Translations under genes and position numbers: made by a program
Shown here: positions 1 to 11,884 of the stretch, one piece after another
How positions within the stretch are numbered: the stretch's first letter is position 1
How the letters are laid out: each line of letters begins with the position of its first letter
Assembly (NCBI GenBank): GCA_010093705.1
Contig: MU006113.1
Location: 6,849-70,848 of the forward strand
Reading direction: 5' to 3'
DNA: 64,000 nucleotides
Source of the DNA: Patellaria atrata CBS 101060
Taxonomy: Eukaryota
Notes under the pieces: generated by a model
The model's input: the letters and a program-made list of their open reading frames with translations, nothing else
Told to the model about the DNA's origin: nothing
Databases searched by the model: none

Positions 1-2
1 GG

Positions 3-275
3 AATCAAGGGCGATGGAAGGAGGCCGAAGAGCTGTTTGTGCAAGTGATGGAGACGTTCAAGAGGGTGCTTGGGGAGGAGCATCCAGACACGCTGACCAG
101 CATGGCTAACCTCGCATTTACGTTTAAGGTTCAGGGCCGTAAGGACGATGCTATTTAATTAATAAGACAATTCTCCCAGCTACAGGAACAGACTCTCGGC
201 CCTCAACATCCATACGTAATATCATTAGTTGCGACTCTAAACCAGTGGCAACTGGAGAATGGAGATATCACTTAG
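3..275 (+). pseudogene. 3' end of a TPR-repeat protein (kinesin-light-chain-like TPRs typical of fungal NB-ARC/NACHT-TPR NLRs) with a premature TAA; the gene begins upstream of the window
   Basis: Frame 3 reads NQGRWKEAEELFVQVMETFKRVLGEEHPDTLTSMANLAFTFKVQGRKDDAI*LIRQFSQLQEQTLGPQHPYVISLVATLNQWQLENGDIT*. The GRWKEAE...LGEEHPDTLTSMANLA repeat is characteristic. In-frame TAA at 156-158, terminal TAG at 273-275. Confidence 0.85.
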
Positions 276-640
276 CACCTACCTTTTGGCTTAGTGGAAC
301 GGGCGTTACATTTTTAGCAATCCGTTAAACCTCAGTGGCGCTATGGACATCCCTTAGGCGCTTCTAAAGTTGAAAAAAATGGAGATATATTTTATTTAAA
401 GTCTTAGAAAAAAAGAGTTACGAATTACGTTATTTTGGTTAGGATACTATAGTAAGAAGCACAACTCGCCTACGGTATCGCTTAATTTACAAACTTCCTA
501 AACAAGTAATTAGATGTCTACAGTGATATAGGATATGGGAAACTTTATGATTAGCAGCTGTCAGATATATGAATAGCTGATAGATTGAAGAATGTCGCTT
601 GATTCTACAAATGAGAGCTGCAGAGAGCTGATTATATACA

Positions 641-2945
641 ACAGTATTGTCCCAAGACGAACGTTCCGTAACGGACGGGACGGAGACATACTAATCGTAC
701 TAAACACGACTAAATACGACTAAAACACGACTAAGAGACGATGCTATCGTATTTTCTATCTCTTCCGGTAGGCGATACAAAAGAGGGTAAGTGACCACGC
801 TATGCTGGGGTCAGTGGTCGGCGATCAGCACGACCGATCAGAACAGAGAATAGAAGAAACACTACTGCCACCACTGCCACCACTGCCACCACCAGGATAT
901 TCAGTCTGACATTTACTAACTCTTGAACGTAAAGCTTAGTATCGTCAAGGCGATCAAGTAGGTAGTCAAGCGTTGAGAACCAGTTTGAAATCGATGACTT
1001 GTTGCCCTCGTTAAGTATTGTAGCCTCGTAAAACACCTAAAGTATCGTATGGATCCGTTTCTAGGGTCTCCCAATGCCGCCTACTTAGGCGATCTTTTTC
1101 AACACCGTCACCACGCCTAGGCTCATGGTTTAACATAAACAGATTTATACGCTCTCGGCAGTTCAGGGCACGCCAATCGAAACGAAATAAGAGTTCCATC
1201 TCGTTGCGTTGGTCTGGATAAGCTAAGGTATAAAATAATATTAGTAAAGTTAAGGGAATCGCCCACCTCTTAGCAATTTTATGATTTTTGAACTTGATGG
1301 TTTTAACTTACCTCGAGATCGGCGTATTTTTTCAACTCACCACCCATTTTAATCTCTTTAAACTCCTGACGACGTTGAGGTGTTAGGCGAATATAGCGGA
1401 CGATGTTATGGAGCCTTCTAACCGCTCCATGGCGTCGCCAGATGGCGTTGTCGCTGTTCAAATCTTGTTGCGGATAAGTTGAGTTTAGAGTCTAAAGTTT
1501 CGTCGTAAGCTTTGCCTAGTAAGAATGCCTGAGCATAGAGATTAATGATATGACCTAGGCAACGTAGCTGGCGCCTCTCTCTAGCTGGCTTCGTCATCGC
1601 TGAGTAGAGAGTCTGTAGAACAAAATCGATACAGGTATCGTTCGATTTAGCGTTATCAAGAATGAAATATCCAATCTTCTTTCCTATCTTATAATCTCGA
1701 AAGACGTCAAGCATAAGTTGGGCCTGATTCTCACCAGAATGTTCGCCATCAAGCTTCCGAAGAGCTAGTATTCTAGTTCGACGGAGGCCCTTCTCGTCAA
1801 TATAATGACCAGCCACTGCGATCATCACGTAATAGTTCGGTGACGTCCAAAGGTCGAAGGAGATATGGATATTTGAGCGTGCTACTCGAAGTTCACGCCT
1901 TAGAATCCGTCGTCAGATAATAAATTCATCTATTATCCATTTCCTTAAGGTCCTCCGCTTTGGTATAGCGAAAGATATACCGTTACTAAGGTAAGTAAGG
2001 AGCTTTATAAAATACGGATTCTCAATTTGATGAAGGGCAATATGGCAATAAACGAACCACTTCACTAATAGTAACCTAAGAGTATCCAACACAAATCTAT
2101 TAACTATCCTCGCATACGACGGCGACGGCGACGGCGACTTGCTTGCCTCAAGGGTGGTATCCTTAATAGCATTACTGTTACTATCTATTCGGTGGGCCCG
2201 TTCGAAGTGCTTGAGTATAGGTGTTCGTCCGTTTTTAGTACGTACTAACACTCAGCTATCCCGGGGCGATCGGGATGATTTTAGAGATTTTATAGATCTA
2301 GATACTTACAGATTAGCTCGTACGTAAAGTCCTTCTTGATATCAAGATATAACGTACAGTAGAAATACGGATTTTATTAGCCTCGCTAATAATCTCGTAG
2401 CCTTTTAACCATATATGCGACGTCCTCTTCTTACGATCTACCATTGTAGCCCCCGAGCCCTTTAAATACCACTTGCTACGGATCTGTATTCATTCCGGGG
2501 GGGAGGGGGGGAAAGGAATCTCGTCGGAGGACTCTGAGGACTCGATATATTCAGGAAATTGATGGGAAGATTTGCCACTGCTCTTAGCATCACCAGCCGG
2601 ACCTTCCTCCGGCTCTCCAGTCGAAGATTCGGCTGTAGCCTAAGTATGCTGAGTCTTCGACCCCTTCTGACGACGAGGTCTTTTGGTAGGCCGAGGAGCT
2701 TCTGTATCATGCTCTTGAGTCTCTCTAAGCTTCTTCGATGGCACGGCAGCCCGGGCAGACGAACTAGTAGTAACAAAGCGGTCCATATCAATTGGAGATG
2801 AGATAATTGGCATACAATAGATTTGGAAATTTTGAAGATTTTGTTTGGGAGATTTACAGTTAAAACCCGAGCAGAGAGCACCATATGGCTGATGCTCTGG
2901 CCTACTACCCCTACTACATTACCCAAAACAACACATACAACACCA
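641..2945 (-). mobile_element. Degenerate hAT-superfamily (restless-like) DNA transposon, RIP-mutated and 3'-truncated; boundaries approximate
   Basis: Minus-strand fragments give IHISFDLWTSPN (~1840-1875), GYFILDNAKSND, RCLGHIINL (CxxH), LHNIVRYIRLTPQRRQEF and TNATRWNS, broken by stops and frameshifts. The sequence is TpA-rich. Subterminal tandem repeats TAAA(C/T)ACGAC lie at ~700-733. No C-terminal dimerisation domain seen; TIRs and TSD not resolved. Confidence 0.9.
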
Positions 2946-2984
2946 TTTTTTTTAAAAAAAAAAAAAAAAATCTACACCTATAAT

Positions 2985-3118
2985 ATGGATCTGGATTTCC
3001 TGGATTTTCTGAGGATCGAATCCAAATCCAATCCACGACTAGTCGAATCCAAATCCACGTCAAATCGCGTTGAAAATCCAGTCCAGATCCACCTGAATCC
3101 AATCCACGGCCATCACTG
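2985..3118. repeat. GGAT(T)/(A)ATCC-rich fold-back ending in CATCACTG; probable hAT terminus or MITE fragment
   Basis: TGGATCTGGA (2986-2995) is the exact reverse complement of TCCAGATCCA (3082-3091). There are several AATCCA copies and a central palindrome CGACTAGTCG. The minus strand starts CAGTGATGGC, a hAT-like CAGTG end. Confidence 0.55.
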
Positions 3119-6100
3119 GGATGGGGGTGATAAGGGGTGGTGTGGTGTTAGGGATATGTGTTGGTGGAATAGTTGTGGTTGGTTTTGGACTATGATGGAC
3201 TGGTCGTTTATGTTGTGTTAGGATAATGGCCCTAGCTAGCTGGTTCGATAGATGGCCCATGCCGAGATATAAAGGGTTCCTTCCAGACGGATGAGTTTGG
3301 TAGATATGAGGATGGATGTGGATGTGATTTGCTTGAAGAGGTGGTAGGGTGGGAGGGAGGGGAAGGGCATACAATTATTTGTTTCTGTCTGTTTGTTTCT
3401 GACATCTGTGAAGAAAGTGATCACGCCGCGGGAGACGAGAGAGAGAGAGAGTATATGTGTGTTATGTTATGAGACCTCCCATACTTGGATATGATGGCAC
3501 GCGGATAGGGCTGAACAGTTCCGGCTGAGGGACTCGTATGCGGTTAGAATAAGATTAGCTAAGTTAGTCGGTACTGATATTCGCTCGACTTCATAATCCT
3601 CAGGCTGTTGAACAGATCTTGCTTCCTGCTGCGGCTCTTCCTTCTGTTCCTCTATGTATACACGTGCAATCTTTTACTGGGATGTAAAGGCGTGGGATTT
3701 GCGTACAGCGAAAGGCATAGAACAGCTGACCGGGTGGCGCCAGATTAGATTGTAGAGATTCTTTTAATGCTGTAATGGGGGAAGGTTGGAAGTGCGAGTT
3801 TCATATATACAGTTCAATACAGCAAGCGGAGAATGGGAAATATATGGTTTCATAGGGGAAAGGTGGTCTCTTTTCTTGGCCGAACTTCACGTATCTTGAT
3901 AGTTGTACAAGGCACTTACCGTATAAATACTAGGCTAAAGGCGAAATTGGGTGAAGAAGAGAGTATGGTGTCGAATATCGTGCAGGAGGAGAAAGTTGAT
4001 TTCTTTTTTACTACTTAGGTTGAATTACAAATAGGTAGGGAGTGAACCCTACTACAGGAAATTTTACATGTCTGTCCTCTTTCTAGGTGGTGCGGGAACG
4101 AGTATACTTGTGATAATGAGAAAATTTGCTCAACCGTACAACCTCGTGATATGTCGTTGGGAGTCAAAGTTGACCGTACGCCGCGGTGTGCACGGCGAGT
4201 GTAAAATGACTGAGGAGTACCGAAAGTGCTAGAGGGAGCGACGATATTGACTGCCTCTCTCAGGTTCGATGCTGTTTGTATTTATATCCATCTTCATTTA
4301 TTTCAAGTCTTCATATAGTCAAGGCAATTTGCAAAGTTGATATATCTTGTGATGTGCGGTAATTTTATTTTATTTTTTGGAAAATTTACTTATACCGAAC
4401 TTGCTTGCGAACAACTTACCTCTGACTACCCATATCTTATCATAGTACTTCTAGCCAGCTCTATACTCACATTAAAAAGAATGTTAGAATTGTTGTACAT
4501 ATATTAGAAGGTCGAATAAGTACCAAGAGTCAATAGTGATTGTTTGTATGGACAATGAATGTACTGTACAGCATCCGAGAGGTAGATGGGAGGGAAAGAG
4601 AAGTTGGGGATGGATAGCTATATTGCCCTCAAACCATAATTCGGGTTACAAAGTTGTGTTGAAGACAGAAGGATAGCACGCACAAAGTCTTACTCTATCA
4701 GCAGCTAAGACCCCAGCGAGGAGTAGTGACGGAAGCATGGAGCAGAGAAAGGGGAGGTGTGGTAGAGACGATGCGGACAAAGAGCATTTGTGGACAGGAG
4801 AGGCTGGTAGCGATGTTTGCAGTGACGCCATCGCCCAATCACATGCATTGGGTTGCGATGGCGTCATGTCTATGTGTGCCTACTTAAGCTCAAGGACGAC
4901 TCGTTTCTAACATGACCCATCCCCCCCAAGCTTATTGAGACTTCCGCTACCTGGTAAGGTCATTCCGTCTTGGGCTGACATTGTAACTTATATCCGAGAT
5001 CCAGTTTATCAAATTACGAGCGTTGCCATTCTTACAAACCTCAAACCTGTCCTCGTTAACTATCTACAAGTAAGCTGTGATGTATTGACCGATGAAGACG
5101 CTAATATTTCATATAGATAAGTTGGGGGATATCAAGGTAGTCAACAACTCCTTAGAGGCCATTTATGTCAGTGTCACTTCAGCTGGTGGTGACTTTAAGT
5201 AAGGGGGAGACGAGAACTGGCATACTATCAAAGCCGACGGAGGAAGCGATACCTTCGATAACAGGAAGGAGAAGCAAGCGGTAAGATTCACCAGGAGCGA
5301 GACTCCCGGAGTATTAGTCGAAACTATCCTTGGCGTACCAGGCAAGACCGTGGAAATCTATTAGCCGCAAGTGGCCAATCGAGGTTTCTGGATGATATGT
5401 GTACAGAGAAAAAGCAATACCATTATAATAGGAGGGAATGAATGAATTGTAGTTTCTCCGTTTGTAGCATACCTGGGAGTTCTCGATACCTGTACTGTAC
5501 ACCGCGAAATGTGCATTTCGATAATCCCTAAAGATACTAGATGATCTGTGCAAATGGACCGGAATTCTTTTACAAGACCAGCTAGAAGTAAGACGGAAGT
5601 GCCAAGATAAGTGAAGGGAGACAAATATGCTATGGTATGGGAGCAGCCTGTAGTGTTCCAATATGTCTCTGTAAATAGGGGGGTCATGGTTATGTAGTAG
5701 TGTCCAAGTGACAACATCGGGACCTTCGGTTGCTCTGAGAACTTAGTCCTTGGCGTCCACTCCTATCTGTTGCATCCTTCCAGTAAAGGTCGAGTGCGGA
5801 GAGACAAAAACAGAGCCAGGAAGTCAATTTGATTCTTTAAGATATGCCTATATTTGGTAAACAATGCAACGCGCCAAGATATAACCGACTTGTGGGGATA
5901 GTGAAATTGACCCTACCGTAAAGATAGCCCTTTAATGTTCCGTGAGTACTGGAATGGAACCACTTTAAAGGTGCCACGCAGGTCTAGAATCTACCAGCAA
6001 TCCGAGTGTGTGATGGTAAAGCGTTCATAACGGCTAAAGCCGTAGGATTGAAGCTGCAGATTGTTTTGACCGCGTGGTGTTTTTCCTGAGATGCGGTGTG

Positions 6101-9045
6101 CACGACCTTCTCGGGCCGCCGCATATCGAACCGACGAGCTGGTTTGAGTACGTTAGAGTGGAGACTTTAGGTCTGAGAATGAGAACAGATGTAGTCCGTT
6201 GGTGACGGACGATATCCTGGTCCGGACAGATTTTGGTGCCTCCTCTATTCGCTATATATTGAAGATTAAAACAGTAGAGATAATAAAGGATTAAGGGCGG
6301 ACGGAAGATATCTGTGGAGTAACCATTCATCCTGTGACCATGGAGGAGTGCAGATAATTAGAGGGCGGCCAAATTGCAAGAGTCTGAAAGGTCCGAATGT
6401 AGTTTAGGATTAGACGTCGTACCGTATAGACCAGCTGATCGGGAAGGGTTGAGGTGATGAGTACTTGCGGACCGAAGATGTCCATCGGATGCGCAGCGAC
6501 ATTGTATCAGGTACATGGGACGATAGACATGACTCTGCTTGGATATGGGATAATCCGGGGTTACTTAGATGAGCGGCTGAAAGAAGGATTCATTCTTTCT
6601 TCTTGGGTGGTTAGCTGTCAGTAAGACCGCGAAGTGTGATCTAAGTCCTGGCTTTCATCTTGCGATATTCTTCTCTTCTGGATTAGGTCCCGATGTTAAT
6701 TCATCATCCCGAGTCTATGGCATAGCGGCGTAGAAACACTTAGTCTAGAGTGAGAAGACCAGAACGTTCTGTAGATGGATCTAATGTACGGTTTGCATGA
6801 GTCTGAGGTCTGGACTTTGATTAGATACTCGCTCGTCAGCGATCAGTCTCCGTTTCCATCCCAGTTCTTCAAAGTGAGACTGTTTTGTCTCTGCCCTAAC
6901 TGGTAGGACTTACTCCATCCACAACTTAAACTCTTCAATACCATTCTCCAGACTAGACATCCTGGTTGATACCAAGTCACAGAGTGCAAGAAAGATTCAA
7001 GGTGAGAGAATGCCAACGGTTTACTCGGCGTTCTTAAGTCCTTGAACCTTGCGTGTCCATATTGCTGAGATACTCCGTCGGTTACCGGCCGAGTCACAGG
7101 TAAGGTACGTGACATGGTGGGGCTTGCGGTGTAGACATTCGTCAGCTTGCCTACATTACGTCCCTCTACTCAGAATCATGAGTGAATAAGAGAATCGGCG
7201 CTGACTCGTACTTCTGCCGCATCTACAGAGAATGTGAGATGATTAACTGAGATCGGACAATGCGGAAAGTAAAGTTGTTGGATCAGAAGTAATTAGCTAG
7301 CGATAGTAATGATAGTATAGAAGACTGGGTAGCTGATGACTCTCTGTTCGATGTTTGGGATGCGAACATGTCAAGGTAAAACACCGGGTATAGCATTCTT
7401 TACGAGCGGACCTCATTGCGTGTGATCCTTTTTTTGGTGTTTCCGGCATTGATTTTCTCTGTGGCCGGTCTCGTGCTGTGGGGTGCGTTTGTTGTCCGCT
7501 TGTTCGCCAGGGCTATGCTGCTTGGAATAGCATCATCATACTCAACTGTAGTGTATTTCTGGGCGTTATACACTAGTACATCAGTGATATTGATTTGTAT
7601 TTCTTGATTTCTCGAGAAAAAGATATCTTTAGAAAAGAGCTTTGCTTCAAAGACGTGAAGTTGTTCAGAAAGGGAGAAGCAATAGTGTACTGGTACCGGA
7701 AATAATGCAGTGGAAATGCAAAGTTTGTGGTAGTGATCACAATCAATAATGTACTCGTAACTCGGAATAGAGCGCTCTTAAGGGCCAAATGCCCTTGTGC
7801 CTAGCACGCGCCGGCATGAAGGACGGAATTTAATGATACTGTAAGAATTGATGATGGAGCCGTAAAGTGTTGGCCCCTGCAGACGATGCTGACGATGCAG
7901 CAATAATGACTGCAAGAATGCAAGACTGCAAGTTAAGTGCGAGAGGGTAATAATTTACTGTACGGCGGTAGCAAAGCCTTCCGGCTGCAACACCGGTGAC
8001 CTTAACTCCTTGAGCAAATACCAAAAAAAGGTCCGCGTCATGCTTGAGTATTATTTGCGTCTCACACTACAGAGTACAGTACATACAGTCTTCATGGCTT
8101 GACAGCAGACACCCAAAGATATCCGCCAATCCGAAGTAGCAACAGACTTCACAGCAACCTACTGCCAGGATGAAGTTTTATTTGGTATAAAGAGATCCTA
8201 TTCCCATTTGGTTGACATATTCAGCCCATAAAAGGATTAAGTTTTTTTTTTTTTCCACCTACAGCTTGTTTTTTACAATCTGCTCTCAAACGTTGGCATA
8301 TCCGCATATTCTGCAACTCGATCTAAACGCTTATCATTATTGGGAAGTTTGGAAACTTACTGACCAATCCATTGACGGAAATTCTCTTGTCGATCTTCGA
8401 TCCCTACTTTCATCAATCATCCATCATCCAAACTCGGCCGCATTACGCACGTCCGTCGGCAGTCCTGTTGTACTATACAAAGCCGTCAAGCGTTACTGTA
8501 CATACCGTAGTCTATACTGGACTTTGGGAAGAACACGAGGGTTACCCTAAGTCTCTTTAGGGTTGACGTGCATTATTGTCGCACTAACGGCCTTCTTGCT
8601 CCTTAATCCTTGATATCATCATTATTCAAGGACATTCTACATTAGTGGCTTGATTCCGGTTTGGGCCCTACTTTTAGTTTACAAGTAGGACTTTAGCAGG
8701 AGTGGAGGTTTTAGCACTGGCCAGCCCGCCTACTCACCCTACTGTCCACCTCACTATCAAGCTCACTAGCCTGGGAATCAACTTGTTGATTGCTCAATTC
8801 ACCGTCCGGCCCAATCTTGGCTCATTTCTCCCTGCAACCCTACATCATCAGGCATCATACGAAATATATACCCTACCGTCCCCTGGCCTTAACCTGTCTT
8901 CCATCATACATCACGAACAATTCTCCCTCCAAATTCTTAGTAGAGTCAACGGTGACTTTTACTTCAATATCTATACTCGAATCCTAGAAAGCAAAGTAGC
9001 TTCTACAATTCCCACGCAAAACACAATCAACTCCGCATCATCAAA

Positions 9046-9255
9046 ATGTTCTCCTGCGCAAATTACGAGCGAGGCTGCCGTGGCCGCTGCAATCAGGCAA
9101 ATGGCCGTTGCGATTCTTGCATCACACTCAATCTACAACAAACATCACGCTCTCCAAGCGCCTCTTCAATCTCTTCAACCTCATCAACAAACTCATACTC
9201 CGCCTTGACATCATCATTCGCGTCCCTATCAAACCTACAAAGGGGCCGGACATGA
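9046..9255 (+). CDS. 69-aa microprotein with N-terminal C-x5-GC-x3-C-x6-C-x2-C cysteine cluster (probable zinc binding) and Ser-rich tail
   Basis: Strong start context TCAAAATG. MFSCANYERGCRGRCNQANGRCDSC. It is the only convincing ORF in a long gene-free region. Confidence 0.7.
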   Translation: MFSCANYERGCRGRCNQANGRCDSCITLNLQQTSRSPSASSISSTSSTNSYSALTSSFASLSNLQRGRT

Positions 9256-10656
9256 AGAGTCATGCTCTTCTGGAGCTCGAATTAGAGCAAAGAAAAAGCC
9301 TGGAGCTATATCTGGCATTACGATCTGACATTGGATTCTGTCTTCATATACTTCGTCACCAAACACGGTACACATACCATTCACCCTACGGGGCGTCCTA
9401 GCACCACCGATCATCGTATCAAAGATGCACACTCGACGCCACGAAAGAAATTGGTTAGCCACTCCCTTGAATATCCAAGGAGAGTAAGGAAGGAAGGTTC
9501 TCGTTGTTGCATTTAGCGAATGTCTTTGCAATTTCGTAGCAGGAACTGGCGTTATAGAAGGGAGGATTCTGTTTTGGAGTAGCTTTGCTCACTCCTTGTA
9601 CTATTATACTCACTTTTCTCGGATATTCTCTGGCTCAATACTACGCAATAGAAAATGGCGTTGGAGGATACACCTGGTTATTTTATCACGGACTATCAAA
9701 GAGTGGGTGGCATAGAGGCACAATAGCCCTCCTTAGTAAATCAATGAAACACGTGACGATATAACTGTCCTGAATGCTCGATGTGCAATGTGACTCTCCC
9801 CTATACTGCAAAATTAGCTAGTGAAAAGACCTAAACATGATGCAATTGCCTCAATGGCCCAACTTGCTCACACCAAGCTACATGATCGGCCCCATCTGCA
9901 GGGCAAAATGCCACGGCAATTCGTCCTCAAACTCTCCTCATCACCGCCAACCTCCCTCCTAACCTTATCTGTAGGACCAACAAGAGTTACAAGACCAATT
10001 CTTCCGGAAAGCCAAATCAAGCCAAATCCTCACCGTCAAATCATAATATTTTCGCACACGCGGCCAACACACTCCCTGCATACGAACGAAGCTTTCCCTT
10101 TATCTTGCTGGCCTCACTTTTGGGGCTGCAGAAATGTCAAACTTGCTTGACCCTTTTTGAAATTCCCTCCTCTGCAGCGCCCCAAACGGCTCCAAAGAAG
10201 CCCGTCCGGATGATTATTCAAAAGAAGTGAGGATCGTAATTGTCTGCTTACATCTTATTGGACAAACTTTTGGGTTGGTCTGACCTCCCGGGCCATACCG
10301 TCACTACTGCAATGTTGAATATCCGTTTGTGAGAACTAGCTCAGGATTCATTTGGGAGTTTACACAAATCAGAAAATTCACGGGAAAAATGGTTTGAAGA
10401 AAGCAAAGAGAAAGATTGACGAAAACGCATCCCACATGCAGAATGGCCCTCCTGAATACCTGAATCCAGTACGGGTAGTCGCAACCTAACCCAATGTCTG
10501 TGGTCCGTGCGCCTATCATCCTGACGGGAGAATACCGAGAATACTCATCTTCGATAACACATCACGTATACGCCCATCAACATCTACCGTGATATCGACT
10601 CCAATACAAACGGGATTTCCCATCTACAACGGCTCAATTCAGTCAATCGCGCCCAG

Positions 10657-11384
10657 ATGGATCCCAATACCCCCATCCCCTCCTCCCCCGAACAACCGTC
10701 CATAATCCGCTGGGTCCTCGGCTTCCTCCTCGTCGGCGCTGCATGGGGCCTCACGACCCCCTTCATGCGACGGGCCGCACTCAACTACACGCCCCCTGTG
10801 CGACCTGCGGTGTCAGACCCTAGCAATAGCTGGATCAAGAGGAAGGTTCTGGGTGTCTGGTGGGCGGTCGTGGATTTGCTCAGGAGACCGGCGTACGCGG
10901 TTCCGTTGCTGGTTAATGTGACGGGGAGCGTGTGGTTTTTTCTGTTGATTGGGAAGGCGGGTGAGTGGATTTGCTTTTCTTGAAGATCTTTCTAAGGGAA
11001 CCGGGAGTCTGGGGACGGTTTGGAAGCTGGGGAATGAGGTGTTATGAAGAGTAGTATAAGAGGGTATAAAAAAGGGGGAAAATAAGGGGTGGATAATTGG
11101 GCGGAAGAGGAGAATATACCATTAGCTGACAATTTGTTTTGTTTACAGAATTAAGTCTCACGGTCCCAATCACGAACTCTTTAGCATTCATGTTCACTGT
11201 ACTAGGGGAATGGTGGGCAGAAGGAAAAGTGATATCTCGAGGTACGTTAAACACCAAACACCACACTCCCCCTATCCCTCAAAACCGCAATAGCCGCACT
11301 GACATTCCCATTTCGACAGACACGTGGATAGGTATGGGCCTGGTGCTGGCTGGAATCGCGCTTTGCGTACAGTCGAAAAGCTGA
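10657..11384 (+). CDS. TMEM234-family small multipass membrane protein; exons 10657-10960, 11149-11241, 11320-11384
   Basis: Motifs LLVGAAWGLTTPFMRR, YAVPLLVNVTGSVWFF, ELSLTVPITNSLAFMFT. Two GT-AG introns with CTGAC branch sites restore the frame. Confidence 0.9.
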
Positions 11385-11706
11385 TCTTCGCACGCACTTA
11401 CCTTCTGTAAAAATAAAAATAAAAATAAAAATAGATCGACAGAAGAAAGGGATCTACAAGCACCAAAAGAAGCATTCTCCAGCTCAATTTCTCAGTTTCT
11501 CACATCTACCATGCGGCCGTATCCCGTCCGGCAAACTGTGCAAGCATCACTAGAACCCCATTCCCAACCACAACCAACTCACCCTCCGCCGCTCCGCCAT
11601 TCCACCCCCCAAATCCCCCCTCCCTTAACCTCCCCTTCACTCATCCCAGCCAGGACAAATCTTCCCGAAATAAATTTTTTTCTTCCATTTCATCTCCATG
11701 TAACGG

Positions 11707-11884
11707 CCCCTGCCCTCATCTAACGGGTCCAACCTCTGCATCCCCGACCGTGTTTTATCCTGTCACGCAGTGAAAAGGAAACGCACAAAGCTCTTGGCGC
11801 CATGTCGATCTCCAGGGAGAGAGACCGATCCCCGGCCAAAAGGTTGATCGATCTGTGCAGAGTGTCAGGGGGACAGGGCAGGGG
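11707..11884 (-). ncRNA. Candidate structured RNA (multibranch fold); family not identified
   Basis: Perfect 10-bp closing helix CCCCTGCCCT/AGGGCAGGGG, inner CTCTGCA/TGCAGAG helix and further hairpins. Two inner helices pair fully (with G-U) only on the minus strand. No credible ORF. Confidence 0.3.

Noticed and set aside
521..3118. CAGTGAT at 521 and ATCACTG at 3112-3118 as a TIR pair for one hAT element
   Set aside because: The match is only 7 bp and no 8-bp TSD flanks it.
4600..7150. Intron-like signals and short ORFs (e.g. + strand 4866-5140, - strand start at 7115)
   Set aside because: Splice signals are plausible, but no convincing protein could be assembled; left unannotated.
8536..8568. 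ACCCTAA-GTCTCT-TTAGGGT hairpin resembling telomeric sequence or a telomerase RNA template
   Set aside because: Only one repeat per arm, not the full TAACCCTAA template, and no pseudoknot recognised nearby.
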